Source of the DNA: Dehalococcoidia bacterium
Lineage (GTDB): Bacteria > Chloroflexota > Dehalococcoidia > Lucifugimonadales > Australimonadaceae
Direction of reading: 5' to 3'
DNA length: 64,000 nucleotides
Assembly (NCBI GenBank): GCA_965220205.1
Contig: OZ244812.1
Span: 2,195,307-2,259,306 of the forward strand
Under the pieces are notes generated by a model that made no database searches, was not told the DNA's origin, and saw only the letters and a program-made list of their open reading frames with translations. The position numbers and the translations under genes were made by a program. Below are positions 58,640 to 64,000 of this stretch, piece after piece; the first letter of the stretch is position 1; each line of letters opens with the position of its first letter.

Positions 58640-59396
58640 ATGTACATAGGGTCTGCGGCGAGCGAGCTTCGGATCGTTGGTCACCGGGGCGCCGCGGCGT
58701 TGGCGCCCGAGAACAGCCTGGCGGCGTTCCACGAGGCGGCTCTCGCCGGCGTGAACGCAATCGAGGCAGACGCCAGACTCTCCCGCGATGGGCATGTCGT
58801 CCTCGTCCACGACGAACGGCTGGAACGCGCCACCGGCTACCGCGGCGCCGTTGGCGACCTCAGCGCCGATGAGCTCGAGCCCTTGGGCGTGCCCCGGCTG
58901 CACACGCTGCTGAGCGGCTTCCCAAAGAACCCTGGACTGCTGCGTGGACGACTGCTGCGTCGACCTAGAGTGGTACATCGATATGAAAGAGCCCGGACTG
59001 GCGCTGGCCGGAGCGGTCGCGGGCGTTGCGGGCCGCGCTGGGATGGGACGCCGCGTTTGGCTGACGGGTCCCGACCGTCGCCAGTTGCAGCACGGGCGGG
59101 ACCTCGAACCGGGGCTCCGGCTGATCTGGACGATCGGCGCGCAGTACGGGACGCTCGCGAGCGCGGCGCTCGTCGAGGCCGCGCTGCTTGGCGTCGAAGA
59201 AATCGCGGTAACGGCCCGCGAGTTGAGCGGCGGCCTCCTCGAACTCGCCCGCTCGCTCGGTCTCGACGTCCGCGCGTTCGGCATACAGTCGGCGCGGGAG
59301 GCGCGGACCATCATCGAACTCGGCTGCGCCACGCTCACGCTGGACGACCCGCGTCGGGACAGCTTGATCCTCCCCCAGCCCCTAGCCGTCTCCTAG
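58640..59396 (+). pseudogene. Glycerophosphodiester phosphodiesterase, frameshifted
   Basis: VGHRGA..PENSLAAF..EAD..VHD in one frame; C-terminal half (DLEWYIDMK..) in another frame after about 58925-58961. Confidence 0.75.
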
Positions 59397-59728
59397 CTGT
59401 CCGCGAACGCGCGGACGAGGAAACTCGCCTCCCCCAGTTCCTCGAGGTCGCGGAGCGCGTCCAACACAGCGGCCTGCGCGATGTCCTCCCGGTTGACCTT
59501 CCGCACTCCGTACTCGCGACGCAGAATGCGGCGGATGTCTTCGACTGCCTCGACCGCTTCCGACCTGAAGCGGTAGGTGACCTTGATACGCTCTTTGGGC
59601 TCTTCGAAGTCTTCGAGCGCGTCGATCTCCGCCGTCACCTCCTCAGTGGACCTCAGGATAGTGTGCCGGCCCTTGCTCTCGAGTTCGGGGAACACAAACG
59701 CAGGCCGCTTAGACTTGGCCACTGACAA
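59393..59728 (-). CDS. Hypothetical 111-aa protein coupled to parA
   Basis: Overlaps the parA stop; C-terminal KVTYRF plus two helices, ribbon-helix-helix-like. Confidence 0.6.
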   Translation of the reverse strand: MSVAKSKRPAFVFPELESKGRHTILRSTEEVTAEIDALEDFEEPKERIKVTYRFRSEAVEAVEDIRRILRREYGVRKVNREDIAQAAVLDALRDLEELGEASFLVRAFADS

Positions 59729-60497
59729 CCTCCTCCGCCAGCCTCCGGTACTGCTTCGCGCCGTCGAGGTCCTTGCGCCACAACGTCAACGGCAAGCGAT
59801 AACCCGGCGCTTCGGCGAACCTGACCGATTGCTTGATCACCTGCGGGAAGAGGTGCAACCCCTCCCGCTCGCAGAACTCCGCGAGGTACTCATAGACCTC
59901 GCGGCTGTTGATGGTCCGCGCGTCGTAGCGGGTCACGAGGATGCCCATGATGCGCAGATCGGGGTTGGTGACCTCTCGAACGTTGTCGAGCGTGTCCAGC
60001 AGCATCCGCAAGCCCCGCAGGGCCATGTATTCCGCGGAGATGGGGATGACCACCTTGCTTGCGGCCGTGAGACTGCTGACCGTCAATATGCCGAGGGACG
60101 GCGGGGTGTCAATCACCACGTAGTCGTAGTTGCCGCCGACGGTCCGGAGCCGCCGCTGCAACACCGTTTCGGCCGCGAGCGCCTGCTTGAGTTCGATCTC
60201 GGCGCCCGCCAGGTCAATCGTGGCCGGCGCCAGGTCGAAGCCGGACTCGGTCTTCACTACAACGCGACTGACCGGCACGTCCGACCGCACCAGCGCGTCG
60301 TACATCGAGCGCTCGATAGTGGTCGTGTCCATCCCCAGGCAAACGGCGCACCCGCCCTGCGGGTCCATATCGACGAGCAGCGTCCGTTTGTTCTGCTCTG
60401 CGATGCAGGCAGCGAGGTTGACGGCGGTGGTGGTCTTGGCGACGCCGCCCTTCTGGTTGGCGACGGTGATGATGACCGGATGCTTTTCGTTGGCCAC
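59709..60497 (-). CDS. ParA/Soj family ATPase
   Basis: NQKGGVAKTT, VDMDPQG, IDTPPSLG, AEAP. Confidence 0.93.
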   Translation of the reverse strand: MANEKHPVIITVANQKGGVAKTTTAVNLAACIAEQNKRTLLVDMDPQGGCAVCLGMDTTTIERSMYDALVRSDVPVSRVVVKTESGFDLAPATIDLAGAEIELKQALAAETVLQRRLRTVGGNYDYVVIDTPPSLGILTVSSLTAASKVVIPISAEYMALRGLRMLLDTLDNVREVTNPDLRIMGILVTRYDARTINSREVYEYLAEFCEREGLHLFPQVIKQSVRFAEAPGYRLPLTLWRKDLDGAKQYRRLAEEVVSGQV

Positions 60498-60615
60498 GGG
60501 ACTGACCGGGGGCGGCCGCGCCGCCTCGAATGAATGTGGAGGCGACGCTACAGCACAGCAAACCGGCTGTCAAGTTTTACGTCAAACTGTAATGCCAGCA
60601 AACAAGTATGCCGTT

Positions 60616-61800
60616 TCACTCCACCCGCTCGAAGACGGTCGCTACTCCCTGCCCGCCGCCTACGCACATGGTTACGAGCCCCCTGTGCTCGCCGCGGCGC
60701 TCGAGCTCATCCATCAGTTTGACGACCATGATTGCGCCCGTCGCCCCAACAGGGTGTCCAAGCGAGATGCCGCTGCCGTTCACGTTCGTCTTCTCGCGGT
60801 CCATCCCCAACTCGTCGATGACGGCGAGCGCCTGCGCCGCGAACGCCTCGTTGAGCTCGATCTGGTCGATATCGTCGAGCGTCATGCCCAGCTTATCCAG
60901 CACCTTGCGAGTCGCCGGCACGGGTCCGATCCCCATGATCGCCGGATCGACTCCGGACACGCCGCGCCCCACCCACCGGAGGCGGGGAGCAATCCCCTCG
61001 GCCGAAGCCCGCTCAGCCGACATCACCACGACAGCGGCGGCCGCGTCGTTGATCCCCGCCGAGTTCCCCGCCGTTACCGTCCCGCCTTCCTTGAACGCAG
61101 GCCGGAGCTTGGCGAGTCCCTCGAACGTCGTGTCCGCGCGCGGGTGCTCGTCCCGCGCCGTCTCGAGCGGCTCGTCCCGACGGCGTGGGACCGACACAGG
61201 GACGATCTGACGGTCGAAGTAGGCGGCGTCTTGGGCCGCGACAGCGCGGCGGTGACTCGTCAGCGCCAGCTCGTCCTGCGCCTCGCGGCTCACCTCGAAG
61301 CGCTCCGCGACGTTCTCGGCGGTCACGCCCATATGGTAGTCGTAGACCGGACAACTGAGACCCATGACGAGGCTGTCCGTCAACGGCACGTCGCCCATCC
61401 GGGGACCGTCGAAACGCGTGCCTTGCAACAGGTAGGGCGCTTGACTCATGCAGTCGGCGCCCCCGGCGACAACTACCTCCGACTCCCCGCTCACGATGGA
61501 CTGCACGGCGAGGTTGATGGCTTCGAGGCCGGACGAGCAGGCGCGGTTGACCGTCATGGCGGGCACTGTCTCGGGAAGCCCCGCCCGCAGCATCCCCCGG
61601 CGCGCCGTGTAACCGGTCTCCGCAGCCTGGAGTACGTTGCCCAGTATTACCTCGTCGACCGCGCTCGGCGCGATGCCCGCGCGTTCGACCGCCGCCCTGA
61701 TCACGACAGCGGCGAGGTCCGACGCCTGCAAGTCCCTGAACGCGCCGCCGAACCGTCCGATCGGCGTACGCGCCCCGCTGACAATCACTACGTCTCGCAC
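60616..61800 (-). CDS. Acetyl-CoA acetyltransferase (thiolase)
   Basis: RTPIG, NRACSSG, NEAFA, GHPVGATG, CVGGGQG. Confidence 0.96.
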   Translation of the reverse strand: MRDVVIVSGARTPIGRFGGAFRDLQASDLAAVVIRAAVERAGIAPSAVDEVILGNVLQAAETGYTARRGMLRAGLPETVPAMTVNRACSSGLEAINLAVQSIVSGESEVVVAGGADCMSQAPYLLQGTRFDGPRMGDVPLTDSLVMGLSCPVYDYHMGVTAENVAERFEVSREAQDELALTSHRRAVAAQDAAYFDRQIVPVSVPRRRDEPLETARDEHPRADTTFEGLAKLRPAFKEGGTVTAGNSAGINDAAAAVVVMSAERASAEGIAPRLRWVGRGVSGVDPAIMGIGPVPATRKVLDKLGMTLDDIDQIELNEAFAAQALAVIDELGMDREKTNVNGSGISLGHPVGATGAIMVVKLMDELERRGEHRGLVTMCVGGGQGVATVFERVE

Positions 61801-61960
61801 GGCGGCCCTCCCCCATTCGCATCATGCTGGGGCGCATTCTACGCATTCAAGGCGCCTGCGTTCTCGGACACCCCTTCAGGTCCCCATCCGTCCTTGACTG
61901 GCCGCGAGGTTCCCGCAGAGGCGGGAGCGACGGGGCTTGCCAGCGGCGGCCCGGACCGCG

Positions 61961-63253
61961 CTACCAGGTCGCGGTCATAAGCTCCTGCACCTTCGGGTGG
62001 TCGACGAAGGAGGCCTCGGGCGGCAGGAGAACGTCAGTGGCGCGGACGTTGTAGATGTCCGGGTCGGACGCCGAGTAGGGCTCGACGCCGTCTTGGAGGG
62101 CCGTCATCTCCTTGAGCAGACGGCGGCGCATCTTGATGATGCCGATGTCGGTCGTGCCCAGGTGCTCGTTCATCCGTGGCGTGATGGGCCCCATGCCCTC
62201 CTGCACCGAGAAGTCCTGCTCGCCGGTGCCGGCGATGCCGGTGAAGTTGAGCGTCTTCTGAACGCGGCGGTCGACCTGGTAGTCGTTGTCCTTGTTGCGC
62301 GCAGGCCGGTGCTCGGAGCCGGGCAGGAGCGCCGCGTGCAGACCTGAGCCGCGACCCCACGTTGCGCGGTCGTCGGCGGTCAGCGGGCGGTCGAGGCTCC
62401 ATACGAAGGTCCACCGCTGACAGTGGAGGTCGTCGATGGGCACCCACGCATGGAAGAATTTCTGCTTGGCGCCCGACGGCGGCATGCCGTAGAAGGGCAA
62501 GAGGAACAGGTTGAACCGCCAGTAGAAGAGATCCTCACCCGTCTCGCGTCGAGCGCCGATCATCACGCCGTAGTCGGTGTCGTGCGCGAAGAACTTGGGG
62601 TGCTGGTCGCGCGCGTGATAGATGTCCCGAAGGACGCCGCTGCGCCGGCCCTCCTCGAGCCATGCCGGGCTGCGGTGGTAGGCGTCCAACGACGAGTGCA
62701 GGAAGTTGGAATGGGCGGAGTCAATGCCCCCCTCGATGGCCTGCGCGTAGTTCGTCTCCTGGTGATTCCACGAGACGTACCGGTGGCTCTCGGGCACTCG
62801 CAAGTATTCGAAGTTGGGCAGTTCCGGCCGCAGGTCCCGGGGGCCCATGTAGGTCCAGCAGATGCCCCCTGCCTCGACGACCGGGTAGCTGACGAGCTTG
62901 ATCTTCTGCTTGAACGTGCTCTCGTCCGTCTCGGTCGGCATGTCGACGCACTGGCCGGTCACGTCGTACTTCCAGCCGTGATAGGTGCAGCGCAGGCCGT
63001 CCTCCTCGTTGCGTCCGAAGAAGAGGTCTGCCCAGCGGTGCGCGCAGTTGCGCTGGATGAGCCCCACGCGGCCAGAGGTGTCGCGGAAGGCGAGCAGCGA
63101 TTCTCCGAGGAGGGTTATGCGCACAGGCTCGCCGTCGGGCTCGGGAAGGTCGGGCGACTGGAGGAACGGCATCCAGAAACGGCGGATGAACTCGCCGGCA
63201 GGGGTTCCCGCCCCGATCCTCGTCAGCTTCTCGTTCTCTGCGATGGATAGCAT
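61961..63253 (-). CDS. Rieske non-heme iron oxygenase, second paralog
   Basis: CAHR..CTYHGWKY; EGGIDSAHSNFLH; QDFSVQE; ATG at 63253. Confidence 0.92.
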   Translation of the reverse strand: MLSIAENEKLTRIGAGTPAGEFIRRFWMPFLQSPDLPEPDGEPVRITLLGESLLAFRDTSGRVGLIQRNCAHRWADLFFGRNEEDGLRCTYHGWKYDVTGQCVDMPTETDESTFKQKIKLVSYPVVEAGGICWTYMGPRDLRPELPNFEYLRVPESHRYVSWNHQETNYAQAIEGGIDSAHSNFLHSSLDAYHRSPAWLEEGRRSGVLRDIYHARDQHPKFFAHDTDYGVMIGARRETGEDLFYWRFNLFLLPFYGMPPSGAKQKFFHAWVPIDDLHCQRWTFVWSLDRPLTADDRATWGRGSGLHAALLPGSEHRPARNKDNDYQVDRRVQKTLNFTGIAGTGEQDFSVQEGMGPITPRMNEHLGTTDIGIIKMRRRLLKEMTALQDGVEPYSASDPDIYNVRATDVLLPPEASFVDHPKVQELMTATW

Positions 63254-63318
63254 GGCTGCTCCTCCCGGCGATACGTCCGTCTGAGTATACGGCCTCGCGC
63301 TCCGCCGCCGGGGCGTGT

Positions 63319-64000
63319 TTAGGACGCGCAGGCGATCATGTGGAACTGGACCCGCGAGTGCCCGCGCACGCCGAGCTGCATCACCTGACGCGCCGGGCGG
63401 TTGGCGGGGTCGGGGAACGTGGCGGCCCACTCCCGGTCGATCACCGGCAGGTCGGCGTAGTCCTGGACGAGCAGCGTCATGTGGCCGATATCGTCCGCCG
63501 ACATGCCGCCCACCTCCGCGAGCGTGCGGATGTTCGCCAGTCCGAAGCGGGACTGCCCCTCCGCGCCCTCCACCGGTTCTATGGTGTCGTCGCTGGCGGG
63601 GTTAACGCCGGAGACCCCGGAGGAGCAGAAGAGGTCGTCGATGCGCGAGCTCATCGGGATCGGGTCGTGGTGGCCGTGGCCAGGTATCTCGTGGTTGCTG
63701 CGCGGGCCGCCGAGCTTGCCGATCACCTGTATCTGGCACTGACCGCCCATGGGGTAACGGAACGTCTTGCGGGCCGCCTGGTACTGGTCGACAGGCCACG
63801 TGTCCACGTAGACGTCGACCATGTAGGGCTGGTAGTCGAAGTCGTTCAGGTAGACCCACTGGAGCACGACGTCGTCCACGCCGCCGCCAGCCAGCTCCAT
63901 GAACACGCGCATGTTCTCGAAGCACTGGTCGGTCTGCGCTTCGGGCCCCTCCACCTGCTTGGACGTAGCCCGGTCCTGCGCGACTATGACGGAGGAAAAT
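63319..64000 (-). CDS. Tandem two-domain Rid/YjgF-family protein 5 (5' end outside the window)
   Basis: HHDPIPMSSRI..; FPDPANRPAR; the reading frame runs to the window edge. Confidence 0.82.
   Translation of the reverse strand, partial: FSSVIVAQDRATSKQVEGPEAQTDQCFENMRVFMELAGGGVDDVVLQWVYLNDFDYQPYMVDVYVDTWPVDQYQAARKTFRYPMGGQCQIQVIGKLGGPRSNHEIPGHGHHDPIPMSSRIDDLFCSSGVSGVNPASDDTIEPVEGAEGQSRFGLANIRTLAEVGGMSADDIGHMTLLVQDYADLPVIDREWAATFPDPANRPARQVMQLGVRGHSRVQFHMIACAS

Overview
A 64-kb, very GC-rich bacterial chromosomal segment. The gene content (Rieske oxygenase, amidohydrolase and dihydroxyphthalate-decarboxylase-like paralogs, PAC2, CIRCE/HrcA) suggests Chloroflexota, possibly Dehalococcoidia/SAR202-like; this is an inference. 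The left half is mostly housekeeping: recN, rplU-rpmA-rpmE, a pantothenate operon, pyrG, rho, hrcA-dnaJ-prmA, gpsA and thrS. The right half is accessory: an IS5 element, MITEs, mosaic REP-like repeats, vapBC, a solo Cas4-like nuclease and a large minus-strand catabolic cluster. That cluster has an ABC binding protein and permease, four tandem-domain Rid proteins, two GlcG/HbpS proteins, a Rieske oxygenase, a Zn dehydrogenase, cupins and an amidohydrolase; a second Rid+Rieske pair lies at the window end. Signals missed by the ORF track: (1) an OsmC gene with in-frame UGA at the catalytic Cys position (probable selenoprotein); (2) a Thr-rich leader peptide plus terminator upstream of thrS (probable attenuator); (3) a pan-motif-like RNA plus terminator ahead of a pan operon headed by a DmpA/ThnT-like hydrolase and lacking panD; (4) a second CIRCE ahead of an FmdB/Ruc-like gene; (5) two inverted copies of a roughly 350-bp structured element flanking an 8-kb block of opposite-strand genes. 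All product calls come from motif recognition only; no database search was run.
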